Shown piece by piece: positions 1 to 9,415 of a stretch of DNA of 64,000 nt. The DNA lies in contig OZ241744.1 in NCBI GenBank assembly GCA_965200965.1, positions 416,001-480,000 of the forward strand. Reading direction: 5' to 3'. A program made the position numbers and the translations under genes. Position 1 is the stretch's first letter; every line of letters starts with the position of its first letter. The notes beneath the pieces are model-generated. The model had not been told where the DNA came from. It worked only from the letters and a program-made list of their open reading frames with translations, and made no database searches. Origin of the DNA: an uncultured Candidatus Binatia bacterium. GTDB lineage: Bacteria > Desulfobacterota > Binatia > Bin18.

Positions 1-42
1 CATGTCCCGGGTTGAGGGGCCGGCGGGTGTTGGGTGTGACAT
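1..42 (-). CDS. 5' end of a probable downstream ars-operon gene running off the window
   Basis: ATG at 42 (MSHPTPAGPSTRDM...), 12 nt after the VOC gene stop, purine-rich upstream; too short to identify. Confidence 0.35.
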   Translation of the reverse strand, partial: MSHPTPAGPSTRDM

Positions 43-54
43 GGCGGCTTGCCT

Positions 55-477
55 CTAGCGACAGCACTGATCCGACGCTTGGTTGGGCGTTGGCGTGTCT
101 TCGGGAGCCCTGAAGACCTCGCTGTCGCCCTGGAACTTGTAGAACTCCCACAGCAGGCCCTCGGGGTCTGTGGAGTACACCGTGCTCTTTCTGGCGTAGC
201 AGCAGGTCTCATCCCGAATGACCTCGTCGGCCAGACCCTGGGGTTCGAGGCGTTCCAGCGTCTCTTCGACCTCGCCGAGGTCCATCTCAAAACCGACATG
301 GTTCAGCCGCTCGGTCGCCTCTGGGGCTTCAAACAGGACGAGTTTGATCGGCGGCGAGTCCAGGGCAAAATTGGCATAGCCGGGCTTGCGTTTGTTGACC
401 GGCGCACCCAGCAGCTTGGAATAATAGCCAATGGCCTCATCAAGGTTGCGGACATTCAGGGCAAGTTGGAAGCGCAT
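55..477 (-). CDS. ArsI/CadI-family VOC (glyoxalase-like) metalloenzyme
   Basis: VOC pattern QLALNV..EAIGYYSKL..KPGYANF, LNHVGF, ETCCYA vicinal Cys, DPEGLLWE; directly downstream of arsR. Confidence 0.85.
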   Translation of the reverse strand: MRFQLALNVRNLDEAIGYYSKLLGAPVNKRKPGYANFALDSPPIKLVLFEAPEATERLNHVGFEMDLGEVEETLERLEPQGLADEVIRDETCCYARKSTVYSTDPEGLLWEFYKFQGDSEVFRAPEDTPTPNQASDQCCR

Positions 478-502
478 AGTCTCCTCCTTTCCTTACGGAG
501 CC

Positions 503-823
503 TCAGCAGCATACATGCAGAGAGGGTTCTTGGGGCTCAACACCCCGGCAGCAGTTTTCGGTTAAGAACGCGAGCAAGGCGTTCATCGTCTCAAAGTTGG
601 CCTTGTAAATGAGGGAGCGGCCCTCGCGCCGACACAAGACTGTGCCGGCATGTTTGAGCTCCTTGAGGTGGAACGACAGGGTCGCGGCCGGAATACCGAG
701 GGTCTGTCCGATAGCACCTGCGGCCAAGCCCTCTTTTCCGGCCCGAACCAGCAGGCGGAAGATGTCGAGGCGGGTTTCCTGGGCCAGGGCTGACAGGATG
801 CTGACGGTCTGTTTGTTCTCCAT
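503..823 (-). CDS. arsR: ArsR/SmtB-family repressor
   Basis: LSALAQETRLDIFRLLV, TLSFHLKEL HTH, C-terminal LTENCC and terminal VCC metal-binding cysteines. Confidence 0.9.
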   Translation of the reverse strand: MENKQTVSILSALAQETRLDIFRLLVRAGKEGLAAGAIGQTLGIPAATLSFHLKELKHAGTVLCRREGRSLIYKANFETMNALLAFLTENCCRGVEPQEPSLHVCC

Positions 824-857
824 ATTTCCAACATAGTAAAAATATGGAAAATGTCAA
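819..857 (-). promoter_or_regulatory. sigma70-type promoter overlapped by ArsR operator-like inverted repeat
   Basis: TTGACA (857-852), 16 nt, TATGTT (835-830), 6 nt, ATG; perfect inverted repeat TCCATATTT (819-827)/AAATATGGA (840-848). Confidence 0.65.
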
Positions 858-913
858 GTCCCAGCGCTGACTGTGGGGCAGGCTGTCGAAGCGTAGGCCG
901 ACAGCCTTGCGCT

Positions 914-1645
914 TCAGAAGGGTTCTTTGCAGGGCCGCAGGTCAATTTCCAGCGACCAAGCGGTCGGGTGCTGGGTGTGGAGATACCAGTAGGCGTCGGC
1001 GATGGCGTCGGTGTTCAACATGCCGTCCTCGCCCTTCGTGTTGATATAGTCCGGGAAGCGCGCATGGATCATATCGCCGTTGACGCCGCCGTCGATAATG
1101 ATGTGAGCGACATGGATGCCCTTTGGCCCCCAGTCCCGCGCCATTGTCTGGCACAGGGCACGGAGGCCGGCTTTGGCCGCGGCAAATGAGCCAAAGGGCG
1201 GCTTGCCGCGCAGCGAGCCGCTTGCGCCGGTAAACAGCAGTGTGCCCCTGCCATGTGGCAGCATCCGGCGGCCGGCTTCCCGACCGACCAGAAAGCCGCC
1301 AAAGCAGCCGACCCGCCACACCCGCTCAAAAAACTCGGCCTCCATGTCCAGGATGTCCTTCAGAAAATTATTGCCGGCATTATAGACCACCACCTCAAGC
1401 CGGCCGGCCTGTTCCGCGGCATCAAACAGACGAATCACCTCGGTTTCTTTGGTGGTGTCGGTGACGACAGCCCTTGCCGCGCCGCCGGAGGCGATGATCC
1501 TGCTGCTGACCGCGTTGATCTTTTCGGCGGTGCGGCCGGCGATAAGGACATGGTAGCCCTCGCCGGCAAATCGTTTGCACACTGCCCCGCCAATACCGAG
1601 TTCTGCGCCAACGCCGACAACAATAGCCGTTTTCTGTTCGTCCAT
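914..1645 (-). CDS. SDR-family NAD(P)-dependent oxidoreductase
   Basis: VGVGAELGIG Rossmann motif, VYNAGNN, TGASGSLRG, FAAAK; GGAGG RBS before ATG 1645. Confidence 0.9.
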   Translation of the reverse strand: MDEQKTAIVVGVGAELGIGGAVCKRFAGEGYHVLIAGRTAEKINAVSSRIIASGGAARAVVTDTTKETEVIRLFDAAEQAGRLEVVVYNAGNNFLKDILDMEAEFFERVWRVGCFGGFLVGREAGRRMLPHGRGTLLFTGASGSLRGKPPFGSFAAAKAGLRALCQTMARDWGPKGIHVAHIIIDGGVNGDMIHARFPDYINTKGEDGMLNTDAIADAYWYLHTQHPTAWSLEIDLRPCKEPF

Positions 1646-1669
1646 AGCAAGTCCTCCCATGCTCTCCGG

Positions 1670-2278
1670 TCAGGCTTTGGCGCTTGGCCGCTGTGTGATC
1701 GCCTCGTACCAGCGCGCCAGATGCGCCCAGGCCGGATCAGGATAAAACTGAGACTCGGCTATAAAGTCAATGCCGACCATGAGGCTGATGTCTGCCAGCG
1801 AAAAGGCCGAACTCAGCCATTCGCTGTGCTGGAGATGGGCGTTTATCAGGCTGAGGCGGGCGGTGAGCACCTCGCCGGCCTCTTTGACGACCGCGGTGTT
1901 CTGCACAACGCCCCGGGCCGCAAAATGCGGGCTGGAATGCAGAAAGCGGCGCGTGCCCTGGAGAATCACCCCCAGCTCGGCCCGCCGTTCCCAGACCCGG
2001 ACCAGGGCCCGGCTGAGGGGGTCACGGCCCAGCAGCGGGGGCGAGGGCTGGAGTTCTTCCAGGTATTCAATAATGGCCAGGGATTCTGGAATGACCGTGC
2101 CGTTGTCCAACTCCAGAATCGGAACAGCACCAAATGGGTTGCGCTGTAAAAATTCCGGGCGGCGCTGCTCCCCACCCAGCAGATCGACCGGCCGCAGGGC
2201 CGGCGAGAGGCCCTTTTCGGCACAATAGACACGGACCTTGCGACAGTTCGGCGACAGGGGATGATCGTATAGCTGCAT
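1670..2278 (-). CDS. glutathione S-transferase family protein
   Basis: SPNCRKV, NPFGAVPILELDNG, ESLAIIEYLEE, SLADI; start taken at MQLYD. Confidence 0.9.
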   Translation of the reverse strand: MQLYDHPLSPNCRKVRVYCAEKGLSPALRPVDLLGGEQRRPEFLQRNPFGAVPILELDNGTVIPESLAIIEYLEELQPSPPLLGRDPLSRALVRVWERRAELGVILQGTRRFLHSSPHFAARGVVQNTAVVKEAGEVLTARLSLINAHLQHSEWLSSAFSLADISLMVGIDFIAESQFYPDPAWAHLARWYEAITQRPSAKA

Positions 2279-2398
2279 GAGCACTTCCTCTGCGTGGCGA
2301 CGCTGTGCCTGGGTGTGTCCCAAAACGGACCGGAATGCAAGCCTTTTCTTGTGTTGGGGGCCGGCGCGTGCTATGGCTGAGTGACGAGGAGAGACCGC

Positions 2399-2602
2399 AT
2401 GACACACCACACCGTTCTTTCGAGCGATTCGCACCCTGGTGAACCCCCTGACCTGTACGCCCAGGGTATGCCGCACTCAGAGTCAACTTGGCCCAAGTCG
2501 CTGGAGTTTTTGGACCGCATGTTTGCCGGTGTGCCTGACGACGAGCGACGGCAGCTGAGCTGTGACAACGCGGTCAAACGGTTCCGGTTCGACCTTGGGT
2601 AA
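2399..2602 (+). pseudogene. amidohydrolase_2 remnant (N- and C-termini joined by internal deletion)
   Basis: N-terminal SSDSH..EPPDLY joined directly to C-terminal PHSESTWPKS...DNAVKRFRF; only 67 aa. Confidence 0.7.
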
Positions 2603-2681
2603 GGGCTGAAGAACAGGCCGGGACAGAAGGGCCGCCTTTTTCTTGTCTGGTGTGGCGCTCGGCCCCGAGGCAGGAAGGATC

Positions 2682-2903
2682 ATGCCGACCCGGAGAGCAC
2701 ACCCGCTCGTCAGCAAGCCCGACCCTCACTTGGCGGACGGCTCGCCGTGGCGGACGGGGCCGGGAAGGAAGCGCGGTGTCATCGCCAAGGCGCTGGTCAC
2801 GCTGTGTCTGTCCGCGGCCGTCGCGCTGCTGGCATATGCGCGGGTGGACACCCATGTGAAGCCCTGCCTGGAACAGCTCTGGCAGGCGTTGCACCGCGGC
2901 TGA
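2682..2903 (+). CDS. small hypothetical protein with one TM segment
   Basis: AGGAAGGA RBS; hydrophobic ALVTLCLSAAVALLAY. Confidence 0.4.
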   Translation: MPTRRAHPLVSKPDPHLADGSPWRTGPGRKRGVIAKALVTLCLSAAVALLAYARVDTHVKPCLEQLWQALHRG

Positions 2904-2930
2904 GTGCTGCGCCTGCCGAGCAGGGCCGGC

Positions 2931-3422
2931 TCAGTCGTCCTGCCGAATCTTGACGGTCAGTTGCTGGCGTCCCCACTTGAGCGCTTTTTTGCGGGTGGAA
3001 AAATACACATCGAGCCGATTCGGGCCTTTGATGGCGCTGCCGATGTCTTCCACCACGCCTTTTCCGTAACCGGGGATTTTCATTTCCGTGCCGTAGGGGT
3101 AGTAGCGCGTATCCGCGGCAATGGTGCCCTTGCCGGCCCTGGTGCCGCTGGAGGTGATGCCCACCCGTTTGCGTTTGCCCTTATTGGGGCCGCTGGCAAC
3201 ATAGGCGCGCCAGAACAAAATGCGCCCCCGTCGCCAGTTGGTGCTGATCTTGTCGGACGAGTAGGCGGTCACGACCATCTGGCGCTCGACATAATGGGCG
3301 CAGCCGGCCAAGCACAGCACGGCCAGCAGCACGACCACACCGAAGCGGCTGAGCGGCGGCACGCGCCAAGTCCCCTGTGCTGCTGCCCTCTGACCTGGGC
3401 GGACCAAGACTTTCCTTCCCAT
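2931..3422 (-). CDS. 3D-domain (lytic transglycosylase-like) lipoprotein
   Basis: lipobox LAGC, VTAYS, IAADTRYYPYGT, EDIGSAIKG..RLDVY. Confidence 0.85.
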   Translation of the reverse strand: MGRKVLVRPGQRAAAQGTWRVPPLSRFGVVVLLAVLCLAGCAHYVERQMVVTAYSSDKISTNWRRGRILFWRAYVASGPNKGKRKRVGITSSGTRAGKGTIAADTRYYPYGTEMKIPGYGKGVVEDIGSAIKGPNRLDVYFSTRKKALKWGRQQLTVKIRQDD

Positions 3423-3468
3423 ACTCCACCTCCCTCTTTCCAGCCACCTGGGGCAAAGTCTGTCTGGC

Positions 3469-4468
3469 TCACGGCCTCATCCAGCCCGAAGGTCGGATGC
3501 GAGAGCCTGACAGTCTAGCCAATCGGCGTCCGCGGTTCCAGTCAGGCGCTGGCGAGAAGGACAGGCGGGCAAGGGCGATATTGCCGCCCGACAGGATGAT
3601 GGCCACCCGCTTGCCGTGTATATTGCACCGTGAACCCGGCAGCGCGCCCAGCGGGACCGCGGCTGAAGGCTCGACAATAATTTTCATCCGCTCCCAGATC
3701 AGCCGCATGGCCCGGATGATATCTGCCTCGCTGACCGTCACAATGTCGTCTACAGCCTCCCGGATGATGCCAAAGGTCTGTCGCCCAGTGAGGTCAGCAG
3801 CCCGTCGGCAATGGTGTGGGGATTGACCGACGGAATAATATGACCGGCCCGCACGGACCGACAGGCGTCGTCTGCGCCCTTGGGCTCGGCGGCTATGACG
3901 CGGGTGTGTGGAGACACGGCGCGGAGCCGCCACCGCCAAGCGGGGTCAGGACAAGGTCCAGGTCGGGCATATCTTCGAGTATCTCCAGGGACGCGGAGGC
4001 TTGGCCGGCGATAAGGTGCTCGTCGTTGTAGGGCGGAATACAGATCGCGCCGGTTTCGGCCACGATCTGGGCCAGCCGGGACTTTCGGGCTTCAAGAGTT
4101 GGGGCGCAAAACGTGATCTGCGTCCCGCAGCCGGCAACCGCAGCCTTTTTGACCTGCGGGGCAGTGCCCGGCATCACTACATAGGCCCGGACCCCCCGCA
4201 GTTGGGCGGCCAGGGCCGCGGCGTGGTTGCCGGAGGAGTGGGTGGCAACGCCCGCGGCCGCGGCTTGGTCGCTGAGGGACAATACCGCGTTGGTTGCCCC
4301 GCGAATCTTGAAGGCCCCGCCTTTCTGGAAGTTTTCGCACTTGAAGAACAGCTGGGTGCCGACAATACGGCCAGTGCCGGTACAGCGCAGAATCGGCGTG
4401 CGGTAGATATGGAGACGGATGCGGCCTGCGGCAGCGCGGATGTCGGTCAGGGTGGGAATCAAAGCCAT
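3469..4468 (-). pseudogene. PLP-dependent threonine/serine dehydratase (serine racemase-like), frameshifted and partly deleted
   Basis: KCENFQKGGAFKIRGA, HSSGNHA, PLGGGG in one frame; IIVEPSAAV..ILSGGN in another; middle scrambled. Confidence 0.8.
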
Positions 4469-4558
4469 TGGCAGCCTGCTCGTCCAGGAGCGTGTATCAG
4501 CGGCTCATCCCGCCAGCACCGTGCAGGGTCGGAACAGGCCCATTGTGATACTCCTTCC

Positions 4559-5785
4559 TCAAATCACTCCCTGGTCTTTGAGCGCCTCGAGCCGGTCGTC
4601 GGCCAGACCGAGGACCTGGCCATACACCTCTGCGTTGTGTGCGCCCAGTTCCGGGGCCGGCTGGTCGAACTGCACCGGGTTTTGGACAAACTTGATCGGC
4701 ATGCCAAAGCCTTTTACGCCCGGCATCGGGCCGTGGGTGGGGTGAGACAGGGGCACGACCATGTCCCGGGCCGCCAGATGTTCGTCTTCCAGCAGTTGCT
4801 GGGGACTCAGGACCGGGCTGGAGGGCACCTCATGCGCCTGAAGGATCGAGACCGCCTCGGCAACCGTGTGCCGCGCTATCCAGGCCTGCATAAGCTGGTC
4901 AACCTCGGCCCGGTTCCTAATCCGGTTTGACAGGTGGGCGTAGCGGGGGTCGCCCTTGAGGTCTTCGCGGCCAATCGCCCGCAGACAGTTTTCCCAGCCA
5001 CGGGCGGTGACGGCGCACACCGAAACATGGCCATCCGAGGCGTCGTAGACATTGAACGGCGCTCCGCCGATGTGCGAGTTGCCGCGACGAACCGGAATTT
5101 CTCCAGCGTTCAGGTATTCGACCAGCTCGGGCAGAAAAAAGAAGGTCCCGTCCTGCATGGAGATATCGACCCACTCGCCTCTGCCGGTTTTGTCCCGGAG
5201 TTGCAGGGCGGACAGAATACCTATGACCCCGAACAGCGGGGCGGTGGTGTCGCTGATGGCTGCCCCGCAGCGGACCGGGTGGCGGTCGGGGAAGCCGGTG
5301 ACGCTGCTAATCCCGCCCATGGCCTGAATAATCGGGTCGTACGCCCGCCACTCGCTGTAGGGGCCGGTCTGGCCAAAGCCCGAGATGGAGCACAGGATGA
5401 GGCGCGGGTTGATGTCCTGGAGGATGGGAAAGCCGAGTCCCATCTTGTCCAGCGTGCCGGGCGAGTAGTTCTCAACCACAATATCGGCTTTGGCGCACAG
5501 CCCTTTGAACAGTTCAATGCCTTGGGGTGAGCGGAGGTTGAGGGTCACGCTTTTCTTGTTGCGGGCCCGATGCAGGACCATCAGGCCGATGTCGTCGTTG
5601 GTCTGCTTGGTGAGGCTGGCACCGTGGGGGCCGGCGTAGGGGGGGCGGTCACGGTGGCCTTCGCCTTTGCCCGGGGGTTCGATTTTGATGACCTCAGCCC
5701 CCAAGCCGCCCAGCAGCAGGGTGCAGTAGGGGCCGGCCAGGAAACGGGTCAGGTCAAGGACAAGCAGATCGTGTAGCGGCTTCAT
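4559..5785 (-). CDS. CaiB/BaiF CoA-transferase family III
   Basis: DLTRFLAGPYC, EVIKIEPP, RNKKS, VVENY.PG, SGFGQTGP, AYDPIIQA. Confidence 0.92.
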   Translation of the reverse strand: MKPLHDLLVLDLTRFLAGPYCTLLLGGLGAEVIKIEPPGKGEGHRDRPPYAGPHGASLTKQTNDDIGLMVLHRARNKKSVTLNLRSPQGIELFKGLCAKADIVVENYSPGTLDKMGLGFPILQDINPRLILCSISGFGQTGPYSEWRAYDPIIQAMGGISSVTGFPDRHPVRCGAAISDTTAPLFGVIGILSALQLRDKTGRGEWVDISMQDGTFFFLPELVEYLNAGEIPVRRGNSHIGGAPFNVYDASDGHVSVCAVTARGWENCLRAIGREDLKGDPRYAHLSNRIRNRAEVDQLMQAWIARHTVAEAVSILQAHEVPSSPVLSPQQLLEDEHLAARDMVVPLSHPTHGPMPGVKGFGMPIKFVQNPVQFDQPAPELGAHNAEVYGQVLGLADDRLEALKDQGVI

Positions 5786-5843
5786 ATTCCCTCCTCCCGA
5801 CTGATGAAGCTGGGGAGAGCAAGAGATTCCTCATGTTGACCCC

Positions 5844-7019
5844 TTATGCACGCGCCTCCAGCGGATACAGCCGCAGGGCGTTATTCCACATGATCTTGCG
5901 TTTGCTGTCTGTGGAAACACCGGGCAGGCCGGGCAACTCCTGGGACGCGCTGGCATAGTTGCGGCCTTCGGGGTGGCCGAAGTCGGTCGCGGTCACGATG
6001 TTGTCATCACCCATCACCTCAATGACCTGTTTGATGCCGGGGTCGTCCTGGTTGGCCGCGATGTAGCACTGACGCTGGAAGTAGTCGATGGGGTACAGTG
6101 TGAGACCTGGATTTTCCAGGTCGCGGAAACCGCCCTGGACGCCGGCATCCAGGCGGTCGATCCAGAACGCCGCCCAGCCGGCCCCGGATTCGAGACGCAC
6201 GACGCGCAGTTTTGGATGGCGTTCGAGCACCCCGCCCATAATCAGGGCCGCACTGGCAATCATATTGCCCAGAGTGAAGGCCATAGTGCCCTGGATGGAG
6301 CGTAGCCGGGGCAGGTAATAGTACAGCATCTCGTCCGCGGCCTTGCCGGCTCCAACGTGGATGGCCAGCGGCACGTCAAGGTCCTCGAGGGCGCTCCACA
6401 GCCGATCGTACATCCGGTACTCGCCGACCGGGGTGGGGTTGATGTGGACCGCCTTGAAACCAAAGTCTTTGACACACTGCCGGGCCTCTCGGACCGCCTC
6501 GTCAGGATCACGCAGGTCAATAGACGCCGCGCCAACGACCCGGTCACCGGCATTGGTACAGAAGTCGTGCAACTCGTTGTAGGCCCGACGGTAGGCGGCC
6601 GCGGTGACGGCTTTGAGCTGAGGGACCGCGGTCACATACAGGCCGACGGTTGGGTGGACAACCATATAATCAATACCGGTTCGTTCCAGGTCCAGCTCAT
6701 ACAGGTCGGGCGGAAAGCCTTTGCGGGCAAAGCCGGCATAGGCCTCATTGTGCTCGCGCATGACAATACGGGTGCCGGCGTCGCCCAGGGTCGGCTGGCC
6801 GTTGGGCATCGGGTCTCGGCCAAACGGCATCACAGAGTCCCGGTCGCCGTGGGCCGCAGGGATGGGCACCGAAATGCCAGAGCCGGGCGGCTGGCCCTGA
6901 TGGTCCGCCCACGCCCGCGGCATTTCGGAACGAAACGAGGCTTCAAGATACCTCTCAAACAGGTCGGCCGGTTCGAGGAGGTGCGTATCGCTGTCAATAA
7001 AGTTCTACCCCTGGTACAG
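5844..7019 (-). pseudogene. amidohydrolase_2 family, probably decaying
   Basis: GGAGGAG RBS then CTG-TAC-CAG-GGG-TAG (stop at 7005-7007), in frame with IDSDTHLLEP and ORF 5844-6923 (ATDFGHPE, WNNALRLY); several motifs look degraded. Confidence 0.7.
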
Positions 7020-7182
7020 GACTCTCCTCCTGTGGCGGGACGCGGCCACTATGACCGTCTCGGCCTCGTCAAGTCAAGAGATGTGGGCCGCCCACGCCGG
7101 TCGGCCGTGGCCCTGGCCAACCGGCGCAACTGGCATCTGCCCGCTCAGTCAGATATAATAGGCATAGTAAGGAGAGACGTGT

Positions 7183-8412
7183 TTGTTGACATTTCCCGAA
7201 CTTGGACTCCGATCCGAATTGCTCCGCGCCCTTGATGACGCCTGCTACACGGTTCCAACGCCGGTCCAGACTCAGGCCATCCCGGTTGTGATGGATGGCA
7301 AAGATCTGCTGGCCTGTGCCCAGACCGGGACCGGAAAAACCGCCGGCTTCCTGCTGCCCATTCTACACGAGTTGGCCCGCACCAAAGGCCCTCGGCTGCG
7401 GGCGCTGGTCCTCAGCCCGACCCGTGAGCTGGCCGCTCAGCTCGGTAAGAGCACCCTGACCTATGGAAAATATCTCCAGCTTCGTTCGGCGGTGGTGTTC
7501 GGTGGGGTGGGGCTTGGACCACAGATTGAACAACTGGAGCGGGGCGTCGATCTCTTGATTGCCACCCCGGGGCGGTTGCTTGACCATATGCAGCGGGGCA
7601 ACTTGGCCTTTCATGCCCTGACCGCGGTTGTGCTTGACGAGGCCGACCGGATGCTCGACATGGGGTTTTTGCCCGATGTGCGCCGTATCCTTGACGCCCT
7701 CCCGACCGAGCGTCAGACGCTGCTGTTTTCCGCTACCATGCCCACCGAGATTGAGCACTTGGCCTACGAGGTGATGCAGTCTCCAGTCGTGGTTGACATC
7801 GGTCCTAGGGCCACACCGGTTTCGACCGTGCGCCAAGTGCTGTATTTGGTTGAGGCTGAACGGAAGAGCGCCCTGCTCCACTATCTCTTACAGCGAGGAC
7901 GGATGCGCCATGTGCTCGTCTTTACCCGGACAAAAAGCCGGGCCGACTGGCTGGCCCGCCGGCTGAGCCAGACCGGCCGCCAGATAGAAGCCTTACACGG
8001 GGATAAAAGCCAAGGGCTCCGCACACGCGCCCTGGACGGCTTTCGGACCGGGCAGATCGATGTGCTGGTGGCCACCGATGTGGCGGCCCGCGGGCTGGAT
8101 GTGCAGGGTATCTCGCATGTCATCAACTTCGATGTACCGCAGGTCGCCGACGATTACGTCCACCGGATCGGTCGGACCGCCCGCGCCACCGCCCGCGGCG
8201 ACGCGATCTCACTGGCCTGTCTGGACGAACTGAGTTGTGTGCGGGCAATTGAGCACAGCCTCGGCGTTGAGATCCCGCGCAAAATGGTGCGTGGCTTTGA
8301 GCCGGGCACTCTGACCGTGCGCCAGTTTACCCAGCCCCAGGCTTCCCGGGCGGCGCGGATTGCCAACGGCGCGATCCGGCACTTTGCCCCGCGCGGCCAG
8401 AAAAGGTGGTAG
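7183..8412 (+). CDS. DEAD-box RNA helicase (RhlE-like)
   Basis: AQTGTGKT, PTRELA, TPGRL, DEAD, SAT, ARGLD, HRIGRT. Confidence 0.95.
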   Translation: MLTFPELGLRSELLRALDDACYTVPTPVQTQAIPVVMDGKDLLACAQTGTGKTAGFLLPILHELARTKGPRLRALVLSPTRELAAQLGKSTLTYGKYLQLRSAVVFGGVGLGPQIEQLERGVDLLIATPGRLLDHMQRGNLAFHALTAVVLDEADRMLDMGFLPDVRRILDALPTERQTLLFSATMPTEIEHLAYEVMQSPVVVDIGPRATPVSTVRQVLYLVEAERKSALLHYLLQRGRMRHVLVFTRTKSRADWLARRLSQTGRQIEALHGDKSQGLRTRALDGFRTGQIDVLVATDVAARGLDVQGISHVINFDVPQVADDYVHRIGRTARATARGDAISLACLDELSCVRAIEHSLGVEIPRKMVRGFEPGTLTVRQFTQPQASRAARIANGAIRHFAPRGQKRW

Positions 8413-8505
8413 CTGGGCCACCTCATCTTTCCGGCTGGCTTTCGTCAGTTCCGGGTATGCGCGGCTCCGGCTGCCACGCTCGGAGAAGGGCTCGCCCGGG
8501 GCCTT

Positions 8506-9384
8506 TCAGCCGCGTTGCGACATGGTTGCTGCATAGCGTTTGATTTCGGCAAACAGCTTAGGGGTTTCTTCATCGCTTGCTGATACCAGACCGTACAAGA
8601 CATGGGTGCCCAGCTTGTCAAAGACATCGGCCACCGCCTCGGTGGCGTCTGTACCGACGAGGCAGCTGATTTCGAGCTGGCTGAAATCGCGGCCGGCGTC
8701 GGCCATCAAAGACCGCAGTTGGTCGAGTTTTTGGCCAATAGCGTCCGGCATCAGCCCCGCTGGTTGCCAGCCATTGGCACAGCGGACGACACGCCGCAGG
8801 GCGGCCGTGCTGTTGCCGCCGACCCAAATTGGCGGGTAGGGTTTCTGGACCGGGTAGGGGCCAAAGTTCACGTCCCGGTCAATGGTGACGAACCTCCCCT
8901 CAATCCGCGGGTGGGCGTCTGTCCACAGGGCTTTCATGACCTCAATGTATTCGTCGGTCATGCGCCCTCGCTCGGCAAACGGGGCGTTCAAAAAGTTGAA
9001 CTCCTCTTCGATCCAGCCAGTACCGATGCCGGCAATAATGCGCCCGTTTGAGAGCGTGTCGAGGGTGGCGAGCATTTTTGCTGTCACCGCCGGGTGGCGA
9101 TAGGGAACGATGAAGACGCTGGTTCCGAGCCGGACGGTGGCGGTGAGCGAGGCCATAAAGCCCAGCATGGCAAAGCAGTCCGGCCAGTGCTGCTCCTGAT
9201 ACATGTGGATTTGGGGGTCTTCGACCGGCAGCGGAAACCTGGAGTTGATTTTGCGCGGCGGCAAAACATGGTCTCCGATCAAGATCGACTCATAGCCCAG
9301 TTCTTCCGCCAGCTGGCAGACATCTCTGAGCACGGCCGGGTCGGTGACAGAAACGCCGTTAGCCAAGTGTAAACCGTATTGCAT
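8506..9384 (-). CDS. LLM-class (probably F420-dependent) oxidoreductase
   Basis: AEELGYESILIGDH, RLGTSV..PYRHP, LDTLSNGR, PVQKPYPPIWVGG. Confidence 0.88.
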   Translation of the reverse strand: MQYGLHLANGVSVTDPAVLRDVCQLAEELGYESILIGDHVLPPRKINSRFPLPVEDPQIHMYQEQHWPDCFAMLGFMASLTATVRLGTSVFIVPYRHPAVTAKMLATLDTLSNGRIIAGIGTGWIEEEFNFLNAPFAERGRMTDEYIEVMKALWTDAHPRIEGRFVTIDRDVNFGPYPVQKPYPPIWVGGNSTAALRRVVRCANGWQPAGLMPDAIGQKLDQLRSLMADAGRDFSQLEISCLVGTDATEAVADVFDKLGTHVLYGLVSASDEETPKLFAEIKRYAATMSQRG

Positions 9385-9415
9385 GTGGGGCTCCTTATTT
9401 TTGTGCGGGTTGTTG

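Noticed and set aside
7005-7019. Pyrrolysine or amber readthrough in the amidohydrolase
   Set aside because: The start codon is also mutated (CTG) and other motifs are degraded; pseudogenisation is simpler
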